IMG/VR virus record: IMGVR_UViG_3300021399_000010
Coordinates: 15,215-79,214 of that record
DNA: 64,000 nt
From: a virus
Lineage: Duplodnaviria > Caudoviricetes
Reading direction: 5' to 3' (one strand)
Shown: piece by piece, positions 36,401-44,327 of the stretch
Numbering within the stretch: the stretch's first letter is position 1
Layout of the letters: each line of letters begins with the position of its first letter
The notes under the pieces: model-generated
What the model saw: only the letters and a program-made list of their open reading frames with translations
Told to the model about the DNA's origin: nothing
Databases searched by the model: none
Made by a program: the position numbers and the translations under genes

Positions 36401-37709
36401 TTGCTCGCAACTCATCCAGTGTTCCGCCTTGCTGTTTCAGCGGGTCGGTGCTTGCAACTCTCTTCTGTTCTGCTTCAAGTTCTTTATTTTTCGCTATTAA
36501 CTTATTTATCTCGTCATTTGTTTGCTGTATAGCGGCGCGGTATCCATCTTTAACACCATACCTTGAAGACGCATTTTTCTCTTCTTGTGCGAGTTGTTGC
36601 AACGAACTACGCAACTCTTGTATTTTTGCATTGTTTTGCGTAATTTGTTGTCCGAGTGCAGCGACTCTTGCGCTTTGTTCTTGAAGAAGTCTGCTTTCCT
36701 CAGTTTTAATTAACTGGGAAAGTTGTTCTGCTTGTTCCCTATACCCCTTCATAAATGCGATATACGACTCTCTTGCGGACTTGGTCGACGTTTGACCAAT
36801 TTGAGGCTGTTCGGCTGTTCTTCGTTGCTGCTCTTGCAAGTCTCTCGACTTCTCTCTCAACTTGTCAAGTGCCTGTACCGCCCTGTTTATTTCAACTTGC
36901 GAGAAGATTCCTTTGTTTCTCAAATTGTCGAGCAAGAACTGAATCTCTCGTATCTTTGCATTGACTTGGTCGATGTTCCCTGTCGGCATGGACAGTGCGT
37001 TCTTCATTGCGTTTTTGAGAACGGTGTCTTGGTATTTCTGTTCTGTCGCAATTCGTTTCTGGTTAGCGGCAGCTTCTTGTTCTGCACGTTTTGTTTGTGC
37101 TTGCGCTGCTTTGTTTGCCGCTTTCTCTTCCTCCGCATACAGTCGGTTCAACTTCTTGAGTTCGTCGCTCTGACGACTCATCTCGTTGATTTTCTTCGCA
37201 TCAAATGCCCATGTCTTCTCATTTGCAAGTGCATTTGTCATAGCAACACCAGCCTTCGACTGATTTAGCTTTTCTCTGAGTTGAGCAACTTTTGTCAATG
37301 CAGCAGTGTACTTGTCGAGGTCTTCTGTGGAAAACGTTTTCTTTGACGCAAAGTCGTTGACAACTTTCTGCGCCCTCTTCAACGCAACTTCAAGCTGGTC
37401 GTAGGTAAGAGCGGTCTCTTTCGTTGCAGCGGTCTCCTTCTTTTGCGCCGCAGTACGCTGCGCGGATGCGTCCACCGCAGGAGAGTTTTTTCCGCTCCCA
37501 GTTGCGCTGCCTTGCGGTGCATTCACATCAACCTTGACGCTACCAAGTTCCTTTAGCTTGTTCTTCATCGCATCGATTGACGTGTTGAAGTTGTTGACCA
37601 TCTTCTGCGTACCTTCCGCAACGTGAGCGACCAGACTGTCTATCGACTTCTTTAGTTCCTCGTCGTTAAGATGACCTACTATGATTGTTGGACTATCTCC
37701 TATCGCCAT
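30444..37709 (-). CDS. Tail tape measure protein (2421 aa)
   Basis: Long helical protein with a tape-measure domain (SPYTLIELSTAAKQL...YALGQIKAYGYLNARDARMFSNAGIP); follows the tail chaperones. Confidence 0.92.
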   Translation of the reverse strand: MAIGDSPTIIVGHLNDEELKKSIDSLVAHVAEGTQKMVNNFNTSIDAMKNKLKELGSVKVDVNAPQGSATGSGKNSPAVDASAQRTAAQKKETAATKETALTYDQLEVALKRAQKVVNDFASKKTFSTEDLDKYTAALTKVAQLREKLNQSKAGVAMTNALANEKTWAFDAKKINEMSRQSDELKKLNRLYAEEEKAANKAAQAQTKRAEQEAAANQKRIATEQKYQDTVLKNAMKNALSMPTGNIDQVNAKIREIQFLLDNLRNKGIFSQVEINRAVQALDKLREKSRDLQEQQRRTAEQPQIGQTSTKSARESYIAFMKGYREQAEQLSQLIKTEESRLLQEQSARVAALGQQITQNNAKIQELRSSLQQLAQEEKNASSRYGVKDGYRAAIQQTNDEINKLIAKNKELEAEQKRVASTDPLKQQGGTLDELRAKREKVLNIMREEVSTQQQVAASTQQSTAAAKEYSEQVRRIAAEVRAGAKWQTADQMGFHRGIANIDGRAMPVMENLQMGITLEGQIEQAIQRVNQERERGVTITRQQSEEDKKAAELLGWVETKTKKKYETPSIRIEHVSDVRRALQTITGMQEKWVDEINKAKSSYSDLANYVKQLKGELLALPKGVHDDAAKVLIREIQQAEREMDKFQQTMKRPVSLKDALSGSEKTLDDITYKIRQLQSYKRGIDLTDPKQIAELKQVDAAINRLQKDLNKYMSTTKQATELNKALARSWNYMKNRLAFYFTVGASTQFVKNLIDIRSQYEMNERALGILINSAERGTQIFNELSQMALVSPYTLIELSTAAKQLTAYDIAARDVVDTTRRLADMAAAVGIPIDRLTYALGQIKAYGYLNARDARMFSNAGIPLVKQLSDYYTELEGRMVSVADVYDRIKKKTIDFNTVMSVMYKMTDEGGKFFDFQAKMADTLKVRLANLTLAWNNMLNDMGKETQGLISFSIDLLKKLFLHWKQVDHALKQVGAIVGLRFAIMLLGNALLKMGVKPLQRFAASLTLTSIAGKRLAMVLTTMGKSLAALLLSPTTWIMVAVMWFAELASAIWNANQATEEFNKNLRDSAKTTYDELAKFLGEDVNVRMRNELDKGDIAPTEASKAWENVREQIELSSRNSEEFVQHLLSIQNESERLRQGFALLDKVSAVNAAIKEMDDTTIKITQDWSKWWNLWKGADGLVGNLDDYVESLKKYQEYHKSGLRDSYDKEFWKDQQDDLETLKKDVDALTESIDNFINLKGWSGDIDKINEAYSKIIGNVVEQNQISPEKAFRLQLITEEARANAAKKALSIRIEDEKNALAKAADENAKIEIQARLNALNEEYVHFAENNGRGKVLWEEYTTWLKEQHISETREMFRGMDAEEIAKIDFSKGKWKEFAETTANKFAREHNLATDDVFTLLNNWVKNANKWSIFIPLVISSEGDKSLYDTLKEYDSQIDKADGEIDRLNKRINKLNKKKSLTADEQKELTRAQKERDEAQKERDEALAKGGISKKDEKEAQKDAKKSAADARKRERAAAAARRQEESELQKTLKEELSLIDKIRSTYKDLTKEGMNHADAVNLATNGYEKTVEEINKVFAKWGIEAFDPKKFAGVANPAEIMTMLSNQLKRIQETGRAKPSEIKDLEVKIQSLNVDAKKYDLTKITKGLNSELDKLKDEYELAVELDADPELGNAFADMMGINIESLPHTVKEYADRYSTYLNKYLKGKNSSLQFTGDELRGLTRDDITAFREQVDAGSFNQEWFDAILKAYEDISGKRKKDLEETEKWKNSLIEKYGNLQDKLTKIYKDSVQQQVNAVKSFGTEDQKSEIVRLQLRLEATDDPAELANINLQIAEIVKDVTDKNPIALKLVTASGNQTKADTSKAYWEDFKNSELYTMTFEDMANNSTRAIQLIMDKLEGLKDKVKEDPASMKALIKSLEDAENELNTRDPFGGVARSLKAMAEASGEVKDAQDELAIAERNVEIAQQKAGLAKNGTPAEQKKAQEALAAAVKKRANAQVKLAQAEGKGKKAQENLKSSLQGITSELNNVKELFDTVSKLFRAGGDNETADAIDAISEGFSIMTTVIMGVVAAMILLESSQPWLLAIAAALSVIVGLVSFISNHKDKKITKEIDKSKRRVEKLKQAYDELQHTIEKSMASAEIAARKAAIENKRLELEELKRQLALEKSRKGKHRDEDAIISLEGEVAAAKRELQDLTDEISTTLLGSDIKSAAENFVSTWVSAWRQGEDVMESLGESFDSMIDTMIMKSLASKLVANRLQPIWDMVNQITDANSAGGTAITLNELEKIRNLIGSKSIAEGINEDLTRLYGALGIMYGDGNVDKNLSALQQGIQGITEDQAGALEAYWNANTQQQYVHTDLLTQIRDTIIGFDLDVQTANIGQILLQLQASYQVQMSIQSILEGVLNPSGRAFNVELLS

Positions 37710-37714
37710 GTGAC

Positions 37715-38110
37715 TTATTGTTTTTTATTGTTAATACTCTTCTTTTTCCCTCTCTTGGTTGGTATCTCGTATTCCTCGCCCTCCTTGAGTTCTGGAATCT
37801 TCATGTTGCCGAAGAAGTTGTCGAGTTTGTTCTGCGCCTTCAGTGCTTCCGCGTAGTTGTTCCATGCTTTCTTGTCCGCACCTTGCAGGTACTTCGTGTG
37901 GGTGTTGTCGACCGCCATGAACTGTATCTGTGCGCAACTCAACTTAAACAAGTAGTCGTCCAACGTGTACTGAGGAAACGCTCTTATGAAATCTGCGGCG
38001 TCTGCAATGCCAGTGCTTCCATAAATTGTGAGGCTGTCTCCGCTGACTTCTTCTTCCGCATCAGCAGTGAATCCGTAGCCATACTCACCGATTTTTTGAG
38101 TAAAAAAAAA
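37715..38110 (-). CDS. Tail assembly chaperone, -1 frame extension (lambda GT-like)
   Basis: Open -1 frame FFTQKIGEY... entered at the T9 run; no good start of its own. Confidence 0.75.
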   Translation of the reverse strand, partial: FFFTQKIGEYGYGFTADAEEEVSGDSLTIYGSTGIADAADFIRAFPQYTLDDYLFKLSCAQIQFMAVDNTHTKYLQGADKKAWNNYAEALKAQNKLDNFFGNMKIPELKEGEEYEIPTKRGKKKSINNKKQ

Positions 38111-38574
38111 GCACTGAGGTCGATGGACTTGATTGCACCAAGGATGATTGCAGCCCACTCGTTTGGTTCATAAGTGGAGTTCATCACCTTCATCTTCATT
38201 TTGCTAATCCACCTCTCATTTCGTGTGACTGATTCCTCGTAGTCCTGCACGCCATCTGGAGTAAACAAATGGTTGCAAAGGATAATAGCCATCACCTCGC
38301 ACATAGCATCCAAATCAGTACACAATGCGGTGACGATTTTGTTGTCGTCATCAACCATGAGTTCATCTGCTTCCTTCATGTCCATGCACAGCTTGGCGAT
38401 TCTATATACACTGTAATAACGCATATCCTTAACACGATATTCCCTCCCGTCCAAAACAACCAGAGATGGAGAGTCGGTTATTATCTCCGCTATACTCCTT
38501 TTGATGTCTATCGGGAAGTCTTTCAACTCATTGTCTTCTACTTGTACTTCTTCTTCTTTCTTTTTCTTTGCCAT
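37984..38574 (-). CDS. Tail assembly chaperone (lambda G-like)
   Basis: Between the tail tube and tape measure genes; contains GCT TTT TTT TTA. Confidence 0.8.
   Translation of the reverse strand: MAKKKKEEEVQVEDNELKDFPIDIKRSIAEIITDSPSLVVLDGREYRVKDMRYYSVYRIAKLCMDMKEADELMVDDDNKIVTALCTDLDAMCEVMAIILCNHLFTPDGVQDYEESVTRNERWISKMKMKVMNSTYEPNEWAAIILGAIKSIDLSAFFLLKKSVSMATDSLLMRKKKSAETASQFMEALALQTPQIS
38102..38110 (-). promoter_or_regulatory. Programmed -1 frameshift slippery site (U9)
   Basis: A9 on the plus strand at 38102-38110, inside the overlap of two frames. Confidence 0.75.
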
Positions 38575-38600
38575 TGTCTTCGTGAAATTAGAGTCTTCAA

Positions 38601-38945
38601 TTAAATGTTATTGTACTCAAAGTACACACCTCCTGCGTCATTCGGACACCTTAAATGCCATGAGTTTTCAGCATACCATGTCAACCACACTTGTGCCACC
38701 ATTTGAACATGAGGTTCATAACCTTGCGCAGGGTTGTAGTGAACCCTTGCGAAACAGACAGTACCATCGATTATCTTCTGGACGAACATTTCTGCTACTG
38801 ATTTCTCAATCTCAGTCTGACCATTATCCAAGTAGACATCAATGATTTCAACCTTTGCGGAAGACGAACCTCCACCTCCTTCGGACGCATCTTGGAAGCC
38901 AACTATGTGTCCGTCTTCATCGTATAACTTTACCTTCGTTGCCAT
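38601..38945 (-). CDS. Hypothetical virion-associated protein
   Basis: Short N-terminal segment, GGGGSSS linker, then a beta-rich domain. Confidence 0.7.
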   Translation of the reverse strand: MATKVKLYDEDGHIVGFQDASEGGGGSSSAKVEIIDVYLDNGQTEIEKSVAEMFVQKIIDGTVCFARVHYNPAQGYEPHVQMVAQVWLTWYAENSWHLRCPNDAGGVYFEYNNI

Positions 38946-38975
38946 AAATCATTTACATTGTGTTTATAAAACTAA

Positions 38976-39010
38976 GGGGTGCGCATGGGATGATACCCAC
39001 AACGCACCCC
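38976..39010 (-). terminator. Hairpin terminator after the major tail gene
   Basis: GGGGTGCG...CGCACCCC followed on the minus strand by TTAGTTTT. Confidence 0.65.
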
Positions 39011-39039
39011 CACGTTCACGAAAACAAAGAATGTAGTCT

Positions 39040-39546
39040 CTATGCGGGTTTCGTACCGATAATCTTGTACATGTGGTCTACTGAAACCGCACTTGCACCT
39101 TCGCCAGTGGTGGTGGTGTGGTTCATAGCGGTGATGGTCACAGCGAAGTTCAGAGCACCGTCCTCATCCTTCTTGATAGTGCCGAGGGTCAGACCATCGT
39201 AGAGGTAGAGAGCGAAGTTACCACGTCCGAACTCAAGCTGCCACGAGTGGTTGGATGTGTAAGCGGTGGTAGCACCCTCATACACGTCACTTGCAACAGA
39301 ACCGCCGAACAGTGCAGGGAGTTCGGAGAGGTCGTAGTTAGCCAACTCAAAGTTGAAGGTCACAGGGTTGCCATCGTAGAAGATGTCGAACGGGGTGTCA
39401 TAGAACTCAGCCTCAATCTCAGTGGAATCGGGTTCATCCTGTCCAACGGTGAGACCTTTGAGAACACCCATAAGCGGAGTAGTAGCATCACCACCCACAG
39501 TACCATACTTCAGCGCAACGGCTTTTACAGTTGTTTTCTTTGCCAT
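39040..39546 (-). CDS. Major tail (tube) protein
   Basis: Position and size; TEIEAEF...FNFELANYD strand pattern. Confidence 0.7.
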   Translation of the reverse strand: MAKKTTVKAVALKYGTVGGDATTPLMGVLKGLTVGQDEPDSTEIEAEFYDTPFDIFYDGNPVTFNFELANYDLSELPALFGGSVASDVYEGATTAYTSNHSWQLEFGRGNFALYLYDGLTLGTIKKDEDGALNFAVTITAMNHTTTTGEGASAVSVDHMYKIIGTKPA

Positions 39547-39578
39547 AATTCTTGCAGTTTAAACTATTAATACTTTTG

Positions 39579-40019
39579 TTAACTATTATCTTTTTCTATA
39601 TTTACGATGAACGATTTTACAAAGGTGAAATAAGGATTGTTCGCATTGCTCGTCTCAATGTCATCCATCGAGAGTATCACATCGTCTTGTATGTAGTAGT
39701 CTCCAGAGGGGTTCGACACAGCACCCTTAATCACATCCGTTATTCGCTGTTCAAACATCTGGTACTTCTCCACATCAAGACGACCACGACTGATAAGAGG
39801 AACAAATGCCTCAACAAAACACCGAACGCTACCGAACGCACTGAGGTCAAACTCGCTCTCATCGACGATGTTGCCAACGTGAAGAACGATAAAACCATCC
39901 TTGGTGTCGGACTCGGTGAGTTCCTGTGGTTCGTTCATCGAGTATACGTTCTCCGTTACAGTACCGTAAAACAGACCGTACAAGTAATTGTATATCTCTA
40001 TGCGTGAATCGTTGTACAT
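39579..40019 (-). CDS. Probable tail terminator
   Basis: 146 aa, immediately upstream of the tail tube gene. Confidence 0.55.
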   Translation of the reverse strand: MYNDSRIEIYNYLYGLFYGTVTENVYSMNEPQELTESDTKDGFIVLHVGNIVDESEFDLSAFGSVRCFVEAFVPLISRGRLDVEKYQMFEQRITDVIKGAVSNPSGDYYIQDDVILSMDDIETSNANNPYFTFVKSFIVNIEKDNS

Positions 40020-40021
40020 TG

Positions 40022-40693
40022 TTACTTCAAATTCTTTTTACCGTATTTGTAGTAGTTCCTAATCTTACCCTCAAAGTCTTTATTTCGACGTTTTTCAATT
40101 GCCTTCCTCGTATAGTTACTGACTGGATGACGAAATCTAACACGAGCAGGCTTGAGTTCTTTCTTCACCACATCGAAGAATTGGGTCATTACTGCGAATT
40201 GCTTGAATCTCTGTGAATAAGGTATTCCAGAATTTCCTCCTCCACTTTTCATCATGAACCCGTTCTCCCAAAACCCCCAATATGGTGCAAGTATTGCAAC
40301 AAAGACTCTCCAGCCCCTCCCCTCTCCACGATTACCGTAGCGGTTTAGGTATTCTTCCGCAAATAGTCGACCGTTGACTGGATACAAGTATCTCTCATCT
40401 GGGTCGCTCCTCCACTCGTGAAGATAAGAGTCTCTTGATGCCTTTTTCTCACGGTAGAAACCACCTTCAACAAGTTTCCCCTCATAGGAAACTCCCCAAC
40501 AGAGACTGTCGAGAAGGTTTCCAGTTCTGTCCATGTGGTGTCTGGATGAGTAAGTCTGGATTTGCGCACCAATCTTCTCGATGAGTTCCTTCGCATAGTT
40601 GATTAGTCTGATATTCTGTTCAGCAATAACAGTCTTCATCATGCGGTCGAACATCGCCTTTTCGTTGAAATTGACAAGTTTGGTCTTTTCCAT
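40022..40693 (-). CDS. HK97 gp10-like tail completion protein
   Basis: MDRTGNLLDSL motif and position. Confidence 0.55.
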   Translation of the reverse strand: MEKTKLVNFNEKAMFDRMMKTVIAEQNIRLINYAKELIEKIGAQIQTYSSRHHMDRTGNLLDSLCWGVSYEGKLVEGGFYREKKASRDSYLHEWRSDPDERYLYPVNGRLFAEEYLNRYGNRGEGRGWRVFVAILAPYWGFWENGFMMKSGGGNSGIPYSQRFKQFAVMTQFFDVVKKELKPARVRFRHPVSNYTRKAIEKRRNKDFEGKIRNYYKYGKKNLK

Positions 40694-40696
40694 GTG

Positions 40697-41035
40697 TCAC
40701 CAACTACTTCTGGTTGCGTAAATACTTACTCCCCCCAGTTGCGAGGGGTCTGCGTTGTCTACAGTTAGTTCAAAGGTCTCTCCATATCTCGTAACGGACA
40801 CCTTATCTCCCTTTCTGGGAACTATCCAGTTGTCGTCCTCATCTTTGGTCAGCGGAATGGAGATGATGTAGGAAGATGTTTGCATGGTGCGACCTATTTC
40901 GTCGGTAACCATGTGCTCATCCATGACACCCTCGTAGATAACCACAACGGTGTCCTTCTGCATCCCTTTACCTGCGATGGTTCGTGTGATAGTTCCCTCG
41001 TAGGGATATTCAAGTATCTCGTCTCTCAATGTCAT
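40697..41035 (-). CDS. Probable head closure (stopper) protein
   Basis: 112-aa beta-rich ORF, positional. Confidence 0.5.
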   Translation of the reverse strand: MTLRDEILEYPYEGTITRTIAGKGMQKDTVVVIYEGVMDEHMVTDEIGRTMQTSSYIISIPLTKDEDDNWIVPRKGDKVSVTRYGETFELTVDNADPSQLGGVSIYATRSSW

Positions 41036-41421
41036 AACCTCTGCACGTCTACAATGGGAATGAACTTAATCTTCTTGTTCTGCGACATCTCCTCAAGCAT
41101 GTCACCTCTGTCGTCCTCGTATTTGTTGTATATACGGATTGCGTATTTGATTTTGTCGTCTTGGTAGAAGTCTTGTTCTTGGCCAATGGATTTCTGATAC
41201 CCATTGTGGGATTGGGACAATGAAGCAGTATTAGAAGGACTGAGAAGCACCGCAGTGAAGATGATGTCTGCGGTCATCAACTCACGTTGTTTCTTAGTAA
41301 CCACACTCTCATCATACACGTCGTCACTGGGGTTGCACTCCCTGTCAAGAGCAATCTTTATGAAATTCTGCTCCTCAAAGGAATACCTCGTCGATGCTTT
41401 CAACCATTCTAATACCGTCAT
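41032..41421 (-). CDS. Probable head-tail adaptor
   Basis: 129 aa right after the capsid gene; SLSQSHNGYQKS strand. Confidence 0.55.
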   Translation of the reverse strand: MTVLEWLKASTRYSFEEQNFIKIALDRECNPSDDVYDESVVTKKQRELMTADIIFTAVLLSPSNTASLSQSHNGYQKSIGQEQDFYQDDKIKYAIRIYNKYEDDRGDMLEEMSQNKKIKFIPIVDVQRL

Positions 41422-41481
41422 TGTCTCACCTTTTCTAACCTAACTTATTTACTTCAAACCTATGAAAACCTATATCAAACG

Positions 41482-42756
41482 CTAATCTGCTACAGAGATG
41501 TCCACACAAACGTGATACTGACTCTCGTTCAGCACGGTTGCATAACGACCGATAGCATCAGTGTGGTAGGACTTCAGCATGCCGTTCTTCGTAATCTTGT
41601 TGATAATGTAGATAAGGTTGTTCCACTTACCAATAGACCACTGAACATCGTTGTTGACCTCACCGCTGCGCATCAGCTTAACCCATTCGGGAGTAGCATG
41701 CACAACAACACCAGCCATACCCAGAGGACGGAGAACAACGGTGTTGGGCTTCCAACCACGAACGGTGTAGTAGGTGGTGATTCCCTGCACGGTCTGTTGC
41801 TCACGCACAACACGGATGGGAGAAATCTTGGAGATGCTTGAACGAGTGTAAGCAACAAGCTGCTGCCAAGTGATGGTGGAGGTGTCAAGAGCGGACTGAG
41901 AGTTGCTGATAATCACAACCTTGTCTGGTGCTTCAAGACGGATGTAGCGGTTCACCTCTGCGATGAAGAACGAGTTCTTGAGCAGAATGTTGACGATGAT
42001 GTCATAGGGAATATCCCACTCAAAGGGAGTAGACTCATCGAGGTTGTTAGCAACCTTGAAATCATACTCAATCTTCTGCATCTGTGAGGGGATGTCTGCG
42101 GTTGCATCAGTCCAAACCTTTGCGCCAGCATGTTTGAAGTTGGCGGTGGGGATGTAAGCCTCTTGGTTGACACGAACACCGCTGAAACCTTGAGAAGTAG
42201 CAGTAACACCTGCAACAACACTCTGGTTGGTGGTAGTGTTGTAAGCACCACCATAGGACAGAGTCATAGCGGCCATGTTCGACAGACGGAGGTTGTGTGA
42301 CTTGATAAGGTCAGCAACACCACGCTGCATTGCGGTTACAAGACTTCTGTCTTCGGGCGACATCTGAGCAAGACGAGCCTGCATCTCAAGCTTCGACATC
42401 GAGGTATCGAAAAGACCCTTGCCGTATCCGTAGATAGAACCAGTCTTCTCGCTGTATCCCTCACGGTCGAGTTGCATGGTCTCAGACAGAGGAGCCATCG
42501 GGTCGGCCATCGGAACAACACGGATGTCACGTTGACGAACCGTCCATGCAGGATTCTTCTTGGTGTCTGCAATGTCGATGTCATACTCGTTACCCTCAAC
42601 TTGGAAGTGTTCAGTCCAGAAGTTGGAGTTCTCGTCAATATCGATAGTATCAACAAGTTGCTGGAGGTAACCAACACCCTCTCTATCGAAAAGTTTTGTG
42701 TAAAGTCTCTCTAAGGTCTCATCGGGAGTCCAATAGCTTTTCAGTGCATTTGCCAT
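41482..42756 (-). CDS. Major capsid protein
   Basis: 424 aa, follows the scaffold and decoration genes; strong GAAAGGAGG upstream. Confidence 0.8.
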   Translation of the reverse strand: MANALKSYWTPDETLERLYTKLFDREGVGYLQQLVDTIDIDENSNFWTEHFQVEGNEYDIDIADTKKNPAWTVRQRDIRVVPMADPMAPLSETMQLDREGYSEKTGSIYGYGKGLFDTSMSKLEMQARLAQMSPEDRSLVTAMQRGVADLIKSHNLRLSNMAAMTLSYGGAYNTTTNQSVVAGVTATSQGFSGVRVNQEAYIPTANFKHAGAKVWTDATADIPSQMQKIEYDFKVANNLDESTPFEWDIPYDIIVNILLKNSFFIAEVNRYIRLEAPDKVVIISNSQSALDTSTITWQQLVAYTRSSISKISPIRVVREQQTVQGITTYYTVRGWKPNTVVLRPLGMAGVVVHATPEWVKLMRSGEVNNDVQWSIGKWNNLIYIINKITKNGMLKSYHTDAIGRYATVLNESQYHVCVDISVAD

Positions 42757-42775
42757 ATTTTATTTCCTCCTTTCG

Positions 42776-43471
42776 TTAAATCCAAAAAATACCATCGATG
42801 TATGAACGGTTCTTGGCAAGGACATAGCTGGGCAGTGGCTGCATGCGTGCAATCCAAGCCTCCTTGTCGTGTACCGTACTGATGGAGTAGTTAGCATTCT
42901 CAATTCCGTAGCCTTCGGTGGGTAGCAGGTCTACATCTGCCTCAACAAAAGTGTTGGGGTTGGGGACAAGAACCTTTGCAGAACCAGTAGGCGATTGTGC
43001 GCTGGCGTCAGCGGCTGCATCCGATTCTACAAGAATGTCACCAACGGAAAGTGCGCCGATTGCAGCACTGATAGTAACGGTAAATTCCTCGTTGGTTGCG
43101 TCGTAGGTAACGGCGGTAACTTGTCCGTAAGCACCGCTTGTAGTTACGGCGGCGGGGGCTTTCATGAGATACATTCCCACTTCGGGAGCATCGCTAAAGC
43201 CATCACCCTTTACCTTAATCGTTGTAGCACTTGAGCCTGATGCTGTGCTTACCTCAAATGAGCGGAAGATAAGACAACCCTCGGCAGGAGTATACTGCAC
43301 AAGCTGTGCTGCCCACAAATGCCCAAAGCCTTTGTTTGGGTTAAGGATTGTGCCACCAAGGAGAACATTCTTGCGGTTCTCGCCGTTGCTATCCTTCACC
43401 CAAACCCATTTGCCGCCACGAACCTTTCGTGCGGTTTCGTAAAAATACGCTAAGTTTGTTACTTGTGACAT
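42776..43471 (-). CDS. Probable capsid decoration protein
   Basis: Ala/Thr-rich beta protein between scaffold and capsid genes. Confidence 0.55.
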   Translation of the reverse strand: MSQVTNLAYFYETARKVRGGKWVWVKDSNGENRKNVLLGGTILNPNKGFGHLWAAQLVQYTPAEGCLIFRSFEVSTASGSSATTIKVKGDGFSDAPEVGMYLMKAPAAVTTSGAYGQVTAVTYDATNEEFTVTISAAIGALSVGDILVESDAAADASAQSPTGSAKVLVPNPNTFVEADVDLLPTEGYGIENANYSISTVHDKEAWIARMQPLPSYVLAKNRSYIDGIFWI

Positions 43472-43488
43472 AATTTAAATTTTAAACG

Positions 43489-44133
43489 TTAAACTTTAAT
43501 TCTCTTCAACGAAGACATCACCTCATCATCTCTTTTTTGAATCTGTTTCGGTGCGAGCGGCTTAATGTCTCCGATTGAGTCCTTGAAGATTTCTTGGAAT
43601 CGTGCAACCATCGACTTAGCTTGCTCATTGTCCTCTTTGTCAAGCACCACATCAACACCTTTTGCGAAAGCCTCAAAAGACTTGTGCAGGTCTTGTCTGA
43701 TGCTACCCTTGGCAATCTTAACAACCTCTTTGAACTTGTTTTTCTTCGCTTCCTCATCCTTGAATCGTTTGAGTTCGTTCAACTGTTCTTGAATCTCCTC
43801 AGACAACTCCGTTTCTTGCGGTGCGGTCTTTGGTTGAGTGGTGCGTTTGCCAAGTTTCTTATTCAACTCTGCGATTTGACGCTTGTAGTCCTCCTCCTTG
43901 GTCTCAAATGCTTTCTGCTTTGAGGTAACACCCTTTGAAGTTGCGCTGAATGCGGTGTTGAGATTGAAGTGCAAGTCCTCAATCATCGCCTCATCATCCA
44001 GTTGTGCTTCGGGGTACTTCTTAGCAAAAAAATCTGAAAACATGTCCTTGAACTCTTGGGTTAGCGTCTCTTCTGTGTAGCCTTTCTCACTACAATACTC
44101 GTTTGCTTTCTGCAAAACCTCTTCTTTCGTCAT
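43489..44133 (-). CDS. Probable capsid scaffolding protein
   Basis: Charged coiled-coil, 214 aa, first gene of the head operon. Confidence 0.65.
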   Translation of the reverse strand: MTKEEVLQKANEYCSEKGYTEETLTQEFKDMFSDFFAKKYPEAQLDDEAMIEDLHFNLNTAFSATSKGVTSKQKAFETKEEDYKRQIAELNKKLGKRTTQPKTAPQETELSEEIQEQLNELKRFKDEEAKKNKFKEVVKIAKGSIRQDLHKSFEAFAKGVDVVLDKEDNEQAKSMVARFQEIFKDSIGDIKPLAPKQIQKRDDEVMSSLKRIKV

Positions 44134-44293
44134 AGTTTTCTCCTAAGATTTTTGATTAAATTGAATAAAATTTCATGCAAATAAAATGGTAATTTTTGTA
44201 ATACACATTTCTTATATACATTGTTTAATGTTAAAATAAACTTTTTTAAAATACTTTGAATCACGGTTCACAAAGAAAAGGTGTCAATGGTGT

Positions 44294-44301
44294 TAATTTT
44301 G
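44294..44301 (+). promoter_or_regulatory. -7 box TAATTTTG upstream of terL
   Basis: Exact TAnnTTTG 26 nt before ATG 44328. Confidence 0.55.
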
Positions 44302-44327
44302 CAATTGGTTAATAGTTAAATAGTTAG

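Noticed and set aside
30485-37268. Long plus-strand ORFs inside the tape measure gene (e.g. 33022..34122)
   Set aside because: Ser/Phe/Leu-rich antisense shadows of a Lys/Glu/Ala-rich gene, with no independent motifs.
38946-39042. Read-through or frameshift joining the tail tube protein to 38601..38945
   Set aside because: An in-frame TGA follows 7 codons after the TAG, a terminator hairpin intervenes and no slippery site was seen.
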